A DNA stretch of 40,945 nucleotides from Cyanophyceae cyanobacterium (GCA_038321985.1 JBBQFN010000045.1:1-40945); one strand, 5' to 3'. Counted from the first letter of the stretch, positions 28,244 to 37,825 are shown. The notes: a model not told the origin generated them from the letters alone. Numbers and translations are program-made.

Positions 28244-28670
28244 TTTTGATTTTGATAAGATGTCTCATACTATTAGAGAAAATTTTAAGCAACTGGAGTA
28301 GGTGGCATTAATCACTAAAATGGGTTGGCCCTCGTTCGGCATCATGACAAGGCCGCTCTTTTCAACTGCTTGTTAGGTTTCCTTTTTTCCACCTACTCAC
28401 ACTCAAATTTAGTGCTTATCTGCAAGTAGAAAACAGTCAAATCCTCTAACTTGTTTAGGTTTTAGTAGAGGCTATTATAAACCTCCCTCTCCCTTATAAA
28501 CCTATTTGGATATAAAAGTAAACACCTCTATCCATAGGGGTTTTTTATCTCTAACTAATGGTAGATTTTTAAAAATATTGAAGTGTCACCTCGACAGTGG
28601 GTAGTCGGGCAAACTTGTGCTTTCTTTTGTTTAACGTAAGTAGGTAAAGATAACTCAACTCAACATCGCT

Positions 28671-28740
28671 GTAGGGTGGGCATTGCCTTTGAGCCTCTCT
28701 ATGCTTGAATTACAGACTTTTAGTGGACAATGCCCACCTT
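28671..28740. repeat. Degenerate GTAG-type REP-like inverted repeat
   Basis: gtagggtgggcattgcc ... ggacaatgcccacctt; same family as 37743-37792. Confidence 0.7.
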
Positions 28741-28840
28741 GGGTCCCCCGCCTGTGGGGGCTGAATTGCTGTCCCTGCACCCTGTTGAGGTGTGGGTAAA
28801 CACATTACCCGGAAACTTAACAAAATTTAATCAATTAGGC

Positions 28841-28873
28841 TATACTGTATCCGGAATATATCAAAATGATATA
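28841..28873 (+). promoter_or_regulatory. -10 box (TATACT) and palindromic operator TATATCA-AAA-TGATATA, candidate PadR autoregulatory site
   Basis: TATACT at 28841-28846; perfect 7-3-7 palindrome at 28857-28873, ending 1 nt before the ATG. Confidence 0.6.
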
Positions 28874-28874
28874 A

Positions 28875-29450
28875 ATGCTTGAACTCTCTGCTTTAGGACT
28901 CCTGCAACGCCATCCCCTACATGGCTATAGGTTGAAGCAAGAACTGGAGCTATTTATGAGTAGCTGCATGAGCGTCAACTATGGAGCCATCTACCCTTTG
29001 CTGAAACGCTTAGAGGAACGGGGTTACATTGCTGCGATCGCCCGGGAATCTGGAGATGCGGGTCCCAGCCGCACGATTTATGGCATTACCCCCAGTGGGC
29101 GCGATCGCTGGCGGCAAAAAATGCTCGAACATCCCCAGGATAGCTGGGTGAAAAGTCGGGCGCGGTTTGCCATTAAATTTTTCTTCTTCAGCGATTTAGA
29201 AGCGGAGGCGAGACTGGAATTAATGGAACATCGATTAGTGCTTTGTCGCGCTCGATACAAAAGTTTTGCAGAAAAACCCTTGCCGGAGGATTTCTATCAA
29301 GCAAATGTCTGGAATCGGCATTTGGATGTCCTGCAATCAGAAATCGAATGGGTGCTAGAACAAATTGCCCTTGAGGTTAAACCGCTGACAAGGGATGAAG
29401 TTCAAGTAAAAGAAAGGGGAAATCACTTAGGAGCTCGTAAACCTTCTTAA
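28875..29450 (+). CDS. PadR-family transcriptional regulator
   Basis: LGLL..PLHGY.LK, NYGAIYPLLKRLEERGYI and R.IYGITPSGR winged-helix motifs with a long C-terminal helix. Confidence 0.93.
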   Translation: MLELSALGLLQRHPLHGYRLKQELELFMSSCMSVNYGAIYPLLKRLEERGYIAAIARESGDAGPSRTIYGITPSGRDRWRQKMLEHPQDSWVKSRARFAIKFFFFSDLEAEARLELMEHRLVLCRARYKSFAEKPLPEDFYQANVWNRHLDVLQSEIEWVLEQIALEVKPLTRDEVQVKERGNHLGARKPS

Positions 29451-29501
29451 CTGGTTGAAATTGATTCGTTAGCCAATTTCCCCTAAAAATTTAAATTATT
29501 T

Positions 29502-31460
29502 ATGGCTAATTCAAACAAGGACAGGGAAAATATGGAATTACCAAAAACTTCCAATTCAACAGTCGAAACTGAAGAAAAAGCGAATACCGTTTTGTTAGAA
29601 ACGGAATTAGAGCGACCGCAAAGCAAACCGTTGTGGGATAAAAAGCGCGGGTTTAAATGGGCAAGTAAGCAGGGGCGATCGCTGGCATCTGCCCTATTCT
29701 TATTGTTATTAGTAGTCGTTGGCGGCACGGGCTGGTATTTTTGGCAATCGAGGCAAACTGCTCTAGCCAATAGCGAACAGCAAGGTGCAGCCGAAGGGCC
29801 CCAAGGGGTTGCAGTCCGATTAGCTACGGTGGAAATGACCAATTTAAGGGAAACCTCGGAATTTGTCGGAACCCTAGAGGCACAACAGGCAGCAGTTGTG
29901 CGCCCAGAAATGGCAGGGCGAGTCAGTCAAATTGATGTCAAAGCCGGGGATAAAGTCTCCCGAGGGGAGATTATTGCCCGCATCGATACCCGGGAAATTG
30001 AAGCCAGACTCCGCCAAGCCCAGGCGGCACAAGCCCGGGCGCAATCTCAGGTTGCAGAATTAGAGGCAGGCAGCCGACCCGAGGAAATTGCTCAAGGAGA
30101 GGCTCGTTTAGCCGCAGCGGAGGCCCGATTGGCGGAGGTACTCGCGGGGACTCGTCCCGAAGAGATTGCTCAGGCACAAGCGCGTTTGCGGCAGGCACAG
30201 GCACGATTAGCTCAATTGCGGGCGGGTAATCGTCCGGAAGAGATTGCCCAAGCTGAATCTCGGTTACAACAGGCCCGATCGCGTCTGGAATCTTTACGGG
30301 CGGGGAGTCGTGGGGATGAAATTGCCCAAGCTCAAGCCCAAATTGCGGATGCTCAAGCGCGGGTGGAATTAACCACCGAACGGGTGGAACGGAATCGGGA
30401 ATTAGCGGATCAAGGGGCAATTTCCCGCGATCGCTTTGATGAAGTAGTCACGGAAAACCGGCGTGCCCAAGCCGATTTACAGCGATTTCGGCAACGGGTC
30501 GAGGAACTGGAAAACCAGCGAGGGGAGGAAGTTGTAGGCGCTGAATTACAAGTGACTGAAGCGGAACAAGCGTTAGCCCAGTTACAAAGTGGGGCGCGTC
30601 CCGAAGAAATTGCTCAGGCGGAAGCGGAGGTGGCGGAAGCCCAGCAACTGCTGAATCAGCGACAAAATGGCGCACGTCCCGAAGAAATTGCTCGCGCCGA
30701 AGCGGAGGTGGAAGAAACGCGGCAAGAGTTACGTCAATTAGAGAATGGGACCCGACCCGAAGAAATTGACCAAGCTAAGGCACAGTTGGCGGAGGCGATC
30801 GCTCAAGTGAGAGGTTTGGAGGTGCAGTTACAAGATGCCAATATCGTCGCACCCTTTGAGGGAATTGTCGGCGATATTCCAGCGAAAGAGGGCGATGTCG
30901 TCAGTGTGGGGCAGGAATTAACCACGTTGACTCAAAATGATACTTTAGAATTGCGTCTGTCTATTCCCCTAGAACGCGGGTCTGAGTTGAAGTTGGGAAT
31001 GCCGGTGGAAATTACCGATGCCAACGGACAACCGTTGAGTATGGGGACGGTGAGTTTTGTGTCTCCCAGGGTTAATTCGGATTCCCAAACGATTTTAGCG
31101 AAGGCAAGGTTTGCCAATCAAGGACAATTACGCGATCGCCAATTTGTGCGGGCTAAATTGGTTTGGAACGAACAGGACAATCGGATTGTGGTGCCGACTA
31201 CGGCGATTACCTTCCAAGGGGAGGACCGATTTATCTTTGTGGCGCGAGGCGAGGACCCGGCGACTGCGGAACGAGTAGCGGTAACCCTGGGATTAGTTCA
31301 AGGCGATCGCGCAGAAGTGATTGAAGGACTGGCAAATGGCGATCGCATTGTCATTTCTGGTTTACAACGCCTATCCGACGGGGCTCAGATTCGTCCGATT
31401 GCCGATGAACCTGCCGCAGCGAATCCCGAGTCATCCCCGGCGGCAGCACCCTCCCGGTAA
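29502..31460 (+). CDS. RND efflux periplasmic adaptor with an elongated coiled-coil hairpin
   Basis: TM anchor, lipoyl halves (VRPEMAGRV..GDKV; IVAPFEGIV), repeated GxRPEEIAQA units and C-terminal V.EGL..GDRIV.SG. Start may be 29532. Confidence 0.92.
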   Translation: MANSNKDRENMELPKTSNSTVETEEKANTVLLETELERPQSKPLWDKKRGFKWASKQGRSLASALFLLLLVVVGGTGWYFWQSRQTALANSEQQGAAEGPQGVAVRLATVEMTNLRETSEFVGTLEAQQAAVVRPEMAGRVSQIDVKAGDKVSRGEIIARIDTREIEARLRQAQAAQARAQSQVAELEAGSRPEEIAQGEARLAAAEARLAEVLAGTRPEEIAQAQARLRQAQARLAQLRAGNRPEEIAQAESRLQQARSRLESLRAGSRGDEIAQAQAQIADAQARVELTTERVERNRELADQGAISRDRFDEVVTENRRAQADLQRFRQRVEELENQRGEEVVGAELQVTEAEQALAQLQSGARPEEIAQAEAEVAEAQQLLNQRQNGARPEEIARAEAEVEETRQELRQLENGTRPEEIDQAKAQLAEAIAQVRGLEVQLQDANIVAPFEGIVGDIPAKEGDVVSVGQELTTLTQNDTLELRLSIPLERGSELKLGMPVEITDANGQPLSMGTVSFVSPRVNSDSQTILAKARFANQGQLRDRQFVRAKLVWNEQDNRIVVPTTAITFQGEDRFIFVARGEDPATAERVAVTLGLVQGDRAEVIEGLANGDRIVISGLQRLSDGAQIRPIADEPAAANPESSPAAAPSR

Positions 31461-31562
31461 GTATCAGTGACTTTAGGCAAGTGAGAGCATGATTCTTCAA
31501 AACCATCTCTCACCTTGAATTAATCAGGAATTAGCCGTAAATCATCGCGAATCCCTAACTCA

Positions 31563-34500
31563 ATGTTTACTACTTTTTTTGTCAAACGCCCGGTTTTCGC
31601 CTCTGTCTGTTCCCTGTTGATTATCATAATCGGGTTAGTCAGTTATACAAGATTGCCGGTTCAGGAATTTCCCAGTATTGACCCGCCTGTTGTGACCGTA
31701 TCAACGGTTTATTCCGGTGCCAGTCCCCTGGTGGTGGAAACCGAAGTCACCGAAATTTTAGAAGGTCAACTGAATGGGATTGAAGGGATTAAAACCCTCA
31801 CATCTCAAAGTCGAGAAGGGGTGAGCTCGATTACCCTCCAGTTTAACCTCGATCGCGATATTGATTTGGCCGCCCAAGACGTGCGATCGCGAGTGGATCG
31901 GGCGCTGCGCCAACTCCCGGATGATGTAGATACGCCCCAAGTCACCAAACAGGAAGGGGATGTTTCTCCCATTGTGTGGTTTGCCTTATTCGGGGAAAAT
32001 TACACCTCCCTGGAATTAAGTGATTATGCCGAACGGTTTATTACCGATAACCTAGAAAGCGTTCCGGGGGTGAGTAACATCTTTATCGGAGGTCAACGGC
32101 GCTATGCGATGCGATTATGGATCGACCCGGTGAAACTGGCAGCGCGGAATTTGACGGTTTTGGATATTGAACGGGCCTTACGTCAAGAAAACCTAGAAAT
32201 TCCGGGCGGTTTAGTCGAGGGAGAACAATCGGAATATTCGGTCCGAGTTCTCGGTAGACTGCAAACCCCGATGGAATATGACAATTTAATTCTTCAGCGC
32301 AACCCCGATGGGACGCAAATTCGATTTAAAGATGTGGGACGGGCGGAAATTGGTGCAGAAAGCGATCGCTCGTTTGTCCGGTTTCGTGGAATTCCGGCGG
32401 TTTCTCTGGGGGTCGTAAAAATCTCCAGTGCCAATACAATCGAAGTTGCTCGCGGTGCGAAAGCCAAAATGGAGGAACTCTCCAGGGATTTTCCCGAAGG
32501 GTTAAATTATCAGATAGCTGTTGATAGTTCGGAATTTGTGGAACTTGCCATTGATGAAGTTTGGACTTCCCTTTTTCTGGGTACATTGCTGGTTATTCTG
32601 ATTATCTTTGTCTTCCTACGGGACTGGCGATCAACTTTAATTCCTGCCGTCACTATTCCCATTTCTTTGGTGGGTGCATTTGCCATCATGTTTATACTCG
32701 GGTATTCCATTAATACCCTGACTTTATTTTCCTTGACCTTAGCAACCGGGTTAGTCGTGGATGATACAATTGTTGTCCTCGAAAATATTGTCCGGTATAT
32801 TCAAGAGAAAAATATGAAACCCTACCAAGCGGCCCTGCTTGGAGTGAGTGAGGTGGTTTTTGCCGTGATTGCCACCACTGTTGTTTTAATTGCGGTGTTT
32901 ATGCCAGTCGGGTTTTCTGGGGGAAATACGGGACGATTATTCACAGAATTTGCCCTAACCCTAGCCGGTTCCGTCGTGATTTCTTCCTTTGTGGCTTTGA
33001 CCTTAGCACCAGCATTATCAGCCCGTATCTTGCGGCGCGATAGTGAAATGAAAGGCGGTGTATTTACCATCATTGAATTCTTTTTTGACCGCATGGAACG
33101 AGCATATCGCTGGTCTTTGCGGAAAATCATGCCCTTAAAAGCGATTGTCGTCATTGCCTTTATTGGGTCCTTAGCCTTAACTGTTTTCTTATTTAATCAA
33201 GTCCCCAAAGAATTCATTCCTACCGATGACCGAGGGGCGATTTTTACGATTGTTCGAGGTCCGCAAGGGGTCACGATTAATTACACGGATAATGTGATGC
33301 GGCAGGTGGAAGAAACGTATAGTAAAATCCCGGAAGTTAAAAGTTATTTAACCATTGGTGCATTTGGTCGGGGGACGCCCGGTCAAGTGAACCAGGGATT
33401 TGCCTTTGTCCGTCTCCAACCTTGGGCGGAACGAACCGCAGAAGGTCAGTCTCAGCAGGAAATTATTGGTCGCTTATTTGGTCAGTTTTCCCAGATTACG
33501 GATGCGGTAGTGTTACCCATTAATCCCCCTTCTTTACCTGGTTCCGGGTTTAGTCAACCTGTAGAATTTGTGTTGCAAGGCAGTGATTTAGAAGAACTGG
33601 CTCGGGTTTCGGAAGATTTGGCAAAACAAGCCAATGAGTTGCCGGAATTAATGAACGTCGATACAGATTTAACCCTGACCAAACCGGAATTATTAATTAG
33701 CATTGACCGCGCTCAGGCAGCAAACTTAGGCATTTCTGTTCAGGATATTTCCCGAACCTTGCAAATCATGTTTGGAGGACAGCAAATTACAAATTTTAAC
33801 CAAGGAAACCGCCGGTATGAGGTGATTGTCCAATCGGAAAAAGAATTCCGGTCCTCTCCCCAAGATATCGAACAAACCTATATTCGCACGCAGTCGGGGC
33901 AGTCTGTTCCCCTGAGTAGCGTAGTAACGGTTAGTCCTTCAACTACACCCCCGCAAATTAACCACTACAATCGCTCTCGGGCGGCCACAATTTCCGGGTC
34001 TCCCGCACCCGGTAAAACCCTCGGAGAAGCATTAGAGGCGTTACAAAATTTAGCCCGGGAAATCGTCCCCCCTGAGATCCGAGTGACTTTAGCCGGTCAG
34101 TCTTTGGAATATACTGAAGCGGGACAATCGACTCTGTTTATTTTTGGGTTATCCCTGGTCTTTATTTTCTTGGTGTTAGCTGCTCAGTTTGAAAGCTACA
34201 TTGACCCGCTGATCATTCTCCTGGCGGTTCCGTTGTCCCTATTAGGTGCATTCTCGGCATTGCTAATGGCGGGGCTAGACTTAAATATTTACAGTCAAAT
34301 TGGGTTAATCATGCTGATTGGATTAGCAACTAAAAACTCGATTTTGATTGTAGAATTCGCCAATCAGCGTAGGGAAGAAGGACTCTCGATTACCAAGGCG
34401 GCAATCGATGCTGCAAAGGTGCGCTTTCGGCCTATTTTAATGACCGCCTTTTCCACTATTTTCGGCTTGTTACCCTTAGCCTTTGCCACAGGTGCAGGAG

Positions 34501-34775
34501 CAGCAGCGCGCGTTTCTATTGGAATGTCCGTTGTGGGTGGAATGTTTGTTTCTACTGTATTAAGTTTGTATGTGATTCCCGTGTTTTATACTATTGCGAT
34601 GAAAGCGCAATATCGGTTAATGCACAAAGGACATGATGAAACAGACAGTACGGTTTCTGCTGAAACTTTGGAATATCAGCCGGTTGGTAATGGCAATGGT
34701 AAGACTACCCAAACCTTGAAACAAGTAGAACAAGAACGAGGCGATCGCGAGAATCTCCCATCGGGACGACGCTAA
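31563..34775 (+). CDS. RND efflux permease (AcrB/HAE1 family)
   Basis: FVKRPVFA, LPVQEFPSIDPP, GLVVDDTIVVLEN (proton-relay DD), LATKNSILIVEFA and RFRPILMT. Confidence 0.95.
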   Translation: MFTTFFVKRPVFASVCSLLIIIIGLVSYTRLPVQEFPSIDPPVVTVSTVYSGASPLVVETEVTEILEGQLNGIEGIKTLTSQSREGVSSITLQFNLDRDIDLAAQDVRSRVDRALRQLPDDVDTPQVTKQEGDVSPIVWFALFGENYTSLELSDYAERFITDNLESVPGVSNIFIGGQRRYAMRLWIDPVKLAARNLTVLDIERALRQENLEIPGGLVEGEQSEYSVRVLGRLQTPMEYDNLILQRNPDGTQIRFKDVGRAEIGAESDRSFVRFRGIPAVSLGVVKISSANTIEVARGAKAKMEELSRDFPEGLNYQIAVDSSEFVELAIDEVWTSLFLGTLLVILIIFVFLRDWRSTLIPAVTIPISLVGAFAIMFILGYSINTLTLFSLTLATGLVVDDTIVVLENIVRYIQEKNMKPYQAALLGVSEVVFAVIATTVVLIAVFMPVGFSGGNTGRLFTEFALTLAGSVVISSFVALTLAPALSARILRRDSEMKGGVFTIIEFFFDRMERAYRWSLRKIMPLKAIVVIAFIGSLALTVFLFNQVPKEFIPTDDRGAIFTIVRGPQGVTINYTDNVMRQVEETYSKIPEVKSYLTIGAFGRGTPGQVNQGFAFVRLQPWAERTAEGQSQQEIIGRLFGQFSQITDAVVLPINPPSLPGSGFSQPVEFVLQGSDLEELARVSEDLAKQANELPELMNVDTDLTLTKPELLISIDRAQAANLGISVQDISRTLQIMFGGQQITNFNQGNRRYEVIVQSEKEFRSSPQDIEQTYIRTQSGQSVPLSSVVTVSPSTTPPQINHYNRSRAATISGSPAPGKTLGEALEALQNLAREIVPPEIRVTLAGQSLEYTEAGQSTLFIFGLSLVFIFLVLAAQFESYIDPLIILLAVPLSLLGAFSALLMAGLDLNIYSQIGLIMLIGLATKNSILIVEFANQRREEGLSITKAAIDAAKVRFRPILMTAFSTIFGLLPLAFATGAGAAARVSIGMSVVGGMFVSTVLSLYVIPVFYTIAMKAQYRLMHKGHDETDSTVSAETLEYQPVGNGNGKTTQTLKQVEQERGDRENLPSGRR

Positions 34776-34779
34776 CTCA

Positions 34780-34815
34780 ATTTGAAGTTCCATCGTAGCC
34801 TGATGGAACTTTAAA
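34780..34815 (+). terminator. Hairpin terminating the RND operon
   Basis: TTTGAAGTTCCATC-gtagcct-GATGGAACTTTAAA directly after the stop. Confidence 0.65.
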
Positions 34816-34816
34816 C

Positions 34817-34947
34817 TATAACGGTTACCACTTTTATAAGGTACATTCTGTTGGAGTGCGAGCATCTTGCTCGCTATCTTCAAGAGGGAGCAAGATGCTC
34901 GCACTCCTAATAACTATCGGTACCTCATAACTCTGGAAAATGCTATA
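34817..34947. mobile_element. MITE (131 bp) with TA-ended 28-bp imperfect TIRs and an internal 20-bp perfect hairpin
   Basis: Left end TATAACGGTTACCACTTTTATAAGGTAC versus right-end reverse complement TATAGCATTTTCCAGAGTTATGAGGTAC (20/28 identical); internal GGAGTGCGAGCATCTTGCTC / GAGCAAGATGCTCGCACTCC at 34853-34907. Confidence 0.72.
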
Positions 34948-34991
34948 TACTAAAATTTCTTGTCACTCTTGTTATAACCACACCCCTAAAA

Positions 34992-35138
34992 ATGGCCCGA
35001 GATGAGTTATTACAAATTCGGATCAGCACACCAGAAAAAGAGCGCCTGCAATTAGAAGCAGAGCGACGCGGAGTATCCATGTCTGAAGTGATTCGCGACT
35101 ATATCAAACGTCTGCCCAAATCAAAAAAAGAATTGTAA
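34992..35138 (+). CDS. 48-aa ribbon-helix-helix (CopG-like) protein, absent from the ORF track
   Basis: MARDELLQIRISTPEKERLQLEAERRGVSMSEVIRDYIKRLPKSKKEL*: beta-strand LQIRIS, helix, G.S.SEVIR helix. Confidence 0.8.
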   Translation: MARDELLQIRISTPEKERLQLEAERRGVSMSEVIRDYIKRLPKSKKEL

Positions 35139-35153
35139 TTAAGAGTATAGAAT

Positions 35154-37088
35154 ATGTCTAACCTCCAAATTGCTCCCTATGGCTCCTGGAAATCCCCGAT
35201 TACTTCCGATGCGATCGTCGCCGGCAGTATTGGACTCGGGCAAATTTGTTGGGACAATGAAACCCTCTATTGGCTGGAAATGCGACCCCAAGAAGGGGGA
35301 AGAAATGTCCTCGTTTCGCGAGCGCTCCAGGGAGAAATTCAGGATATCGTACCGGCACCCTTCAACGTTCGCACCCGCGTTTGTGAATATGGCGGCGGTG
35401 CCTTCACTATCAGCAACAACACCGTTTATTTCTCAAACTTCAGCGATTCCCGTCTCTACCGTCAACGCCTGGGAGAGGAACCACAACCCCTCACCCCAGA
35501 AGCGAATATGCGCTATGCGGATTTTACCGTCGATACTCCACGGGGACGCTTAATTTCCGTGCGAGAAGACCATACCAGCGCCGGAGAACCCGTCACCAGT
35601 TTGGTTAGTATTAACCTAGCAGACGCTACAGATATCCGTGTCTTAGTCGCCGGAGAAGACTTCTATGCCACTCCCCGCCTTAGTCCAGATGGTCAACATC
35701 TGTGCTGGTTAAGTTGGAATCATCCGAATATGCCTTGGGATGGCACCGAATTGTGGATCGCACAAATTAATCCCGATGGTTCTGTGGGTGACACTCAACA
35801 AATTGCAGGAGGCATTAACGAGTCGATTTTTCAACCCCAATGGTCTCCAGATGGTACTCTGTATTTTGTCTGCGATCGCTCAGGATGGTGGAATCTCTAC
35901 CGATCGCACCCCTCCACCGGCACCATCGAACCCGTCTACGAAATGTCTGCGGAATTCGGACTCCCCCAGTGGGTGTTTGGAATGTCTACCTACGGATTTG
36001 CCACCAGCAGTCGCCTAATCTGCACCTACACCCAATCCGGGATCTGGCATTTAGGGACTATAAACCTAACTACTCGTATGCTGGAGGAAATTAAAACGCC
36101 CTACAGCTCTTTTAGTTCCCTGCAAGTCAACGGCGATCGCATCGCCTTCATCGGCGGTTCCCCCTCCGAACCCACGGCGATCGTGCAATATCATCTCAAC
36201 ACCGGCGAATTACAAATCATCCGCAAATCCACCACCTTAACCGTCGATCGCGCCTACCTCTCGCCACCCCAACCCGTAGAATTTCCCACAGAAAACGGAT
36301 TAACCGCCTATGGCATCTTTTATCCGCCCAATAACCAGGATTATATTGCCCCCGACGGTGAATTACCGCCCCTGTTAGTCAAAAGTCATGGCGGACCCAC
36401 ATCCTCCGCCAGTAGCAGTCTCAGTTTAAGCATTCAATATTGGACCTCCCGTGGATTTGCCATCTTGGATGTCAACTATGGTGGCAGCAGTGGATATGGA
36501 CGGGAGTATCGGCAACGTCTAGAGAATCGTTGGGGAATTGTCGATGTCGATGACTGTGCCAATGGCGCGAAATATCTAGGGGAACAAGGATGGGTCGATA
36601 GCAACCGACTGGCGATCGCCGGAGGCAGTGCAGGCGGTTATACAACCCTATGCGCTCTCACCTACCGGGATGTCTTCAAAGCCGGTGCCAGCTATTATGG
36701 AGTCAGTGACTTAGAAGCCTTAGCGAAAGAAACCCATAAATTTGAGTCCCGCTATCTTGATAAATTAATTGGACCTTATCCAGAAGCAAAGCAAATTTAC
36801 ATCGAACGTTCTCCGATCCATGCTTGCGATCGTATTTCCTGTCCCGTCATCTTTTTTCAAGGATTAGAAGACCAAATAGTTCCCCCAAACCAAGCGGAAG
36901 CAATGGTTAATGCTTTAAAACAAAAAGGCATTCCTGTAGCTTATCTTCCCTTTGAAGGCGAACAGCATGGTTTCCGACGCTCTGAAAATATTAAACGCGC
37001 TTTAGATGGAGAGTTTTACTTTTATTCGAGAATTTTTGGCTTTGAACCCGCCGAAAAACTAGAACCCGTCCCCATCGACAATTTCTAA
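35154..37088 (+). CDS. S9-family (prolyl oligopeptidase / acylaminoacyl) peptidase
   Basis: APYGSWKSP start, beta-propeller repeats, HGGPT, nucleophile GGSAGG, EDQIVP (Asp) and EQHGF (His). Confidence 0.94.
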   Translation: MSNLQIAPYGSWKSPITSDAIVAGSIGLGQICWDNETLYWLEMRPQEGGRNVLVSRALQGEIQDIVPAPFNVRTRVCEYGGGAFTISNNTVYFSNFSDSRLYRQRLGEEPQPLTPEANMRYADFTVDTPRGRLISVREDHTSAGEPVTSLVSINLADATDIRVLVAGEDFYATPRLSPDGQHLCWLSWNHPNMPWDGTELWIAQINPDGSVGDTQQIAGGINESIFQPQWSPDGTLYFVCDRSGWWNLYRSHPSTGTIEPVYEMSAEFGLPQWVFGMSTYGFATSSRLICTYTQSGIWHLGTINLTTRMLEEIKTPYSSFSSLQVNGDRIAFIGGSPSEPTAIVQYHLNTGELQIIRKSTTLTVDRAYLSPPQPVEFPTENGLTAYGIFYPPNNQDYIAPDGELPPLLVKSHGGPTSSASSSLSLSIQYWTSRGFAILDVNYGGSSGYGREYRQRLENRWGIVDVDDCANGAKYLGEQGWVDSNRLAIAGGSAGGYTTLCALTYRDVFKAGASYYGVSDLEALAKETHKFESRYLDKLIGPYPEAKQIYIERSPIHACDRISCPVIFFQGLEDQIVPPNQAEAMVNALKQKGIPVAYLPFEGEQHGFRRSENIKRALDGEFYFYSRIFGFEPAEKLEPVPIDNF

Positions 37089-37126
37089 TTTAAACCCAGA
37101 CTAATTGTCTATTCAGAGGTATAACG

Positions 37127-37711
37127 ATGAGCAGAAATAATGTCAAAGCGATCGCCCATACTCTAAAAACACAAATTCTGATTTTGGGTGGCTTTGTTGC
37201 CATTATGTGGATCGTCCAAATTTTTAACCTATTCTTGTTCCGAGGTATCTTAAACTTTTATGGAGTATATCCTCGTCACGTGGATACTCTACGCGGCATT
37301 ATGTTTATGCCTTTTCTGCATGGAGGTTTTCCCCATTTAATCGCTAACACGATCCCATTTGTGATCCTCGGTTGGTTCGTCATGGTTCGAGAAATTCGAG
37401 ATTTTTGGGTGGTCACTGCGGTAACCATGTTAGTCAGCGGATTAGGTGTTTGGGTGTTTGGTTCCTCCGGGTGGCACATCGGAGCCAGTGGACTGGTATT
37501 CGGCTATTTAGGTTATCTCCTCTCTCGCGGGTTTTTTGAACGCAATTTACCCTCAATTTTGCTATCCATCATTGTGGGTGTACTCTATGGAGGAATTATC
37601 ATTGGAGTATTACCGATACAGGCGGGAGTCTCCTGGGAAGGTCATTTATTCGGATTAATTGGAGGTGGAATCGCCGCTTGGTTGTTGTCACGACGTCCAT
37701 CAATCCCTTAA
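37127..37711 (+). CDS. Rhomboid intramembrane serine protease
   Basis: PFLHGGFPHLIAN, HIGASG (Ser) and SWEGHLFG (His). Confidence 0.93.
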   Translation: MSRNNVKAIAHTLKTQILILGGFVAIMWIVQIFNLFLFRGILNFYGVYPRHVDTLRGIMFMPFLHGGFPHLIANTIPFVILGWFVMVREIRDFWVVTAVTMLVSGLGVWVFGSSGWHIGASGLVFGYLGYLLSRGFFERNLPSILLSIIVGVLYGGIIIGVLPIQAGVSWEGHLFGLIGGGIAAWLLSRRPSIP

Positions 37712-37742
37712 ACAAAAATAATTTGGCGATCGCTTACCCAGC

Positions 37743-37792
37743 GTAGGGTGGGCAGTGCCCACCGTAATTCATGTGGGCACTGCCCACCCTAC
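37743..37792. repeat. GTAG-family REP doublet (REPIN-like)
   Basis: GTAGGGTGGGCAGTGCCCAC and its exact reverse complement are 10 nt apart; each arm is itself palindromic. Confidence 0.88.
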
Positions 37793-37825
37793 TATTCCTC
37801 TATCAAAAATCAAAGGGTGAAAACA

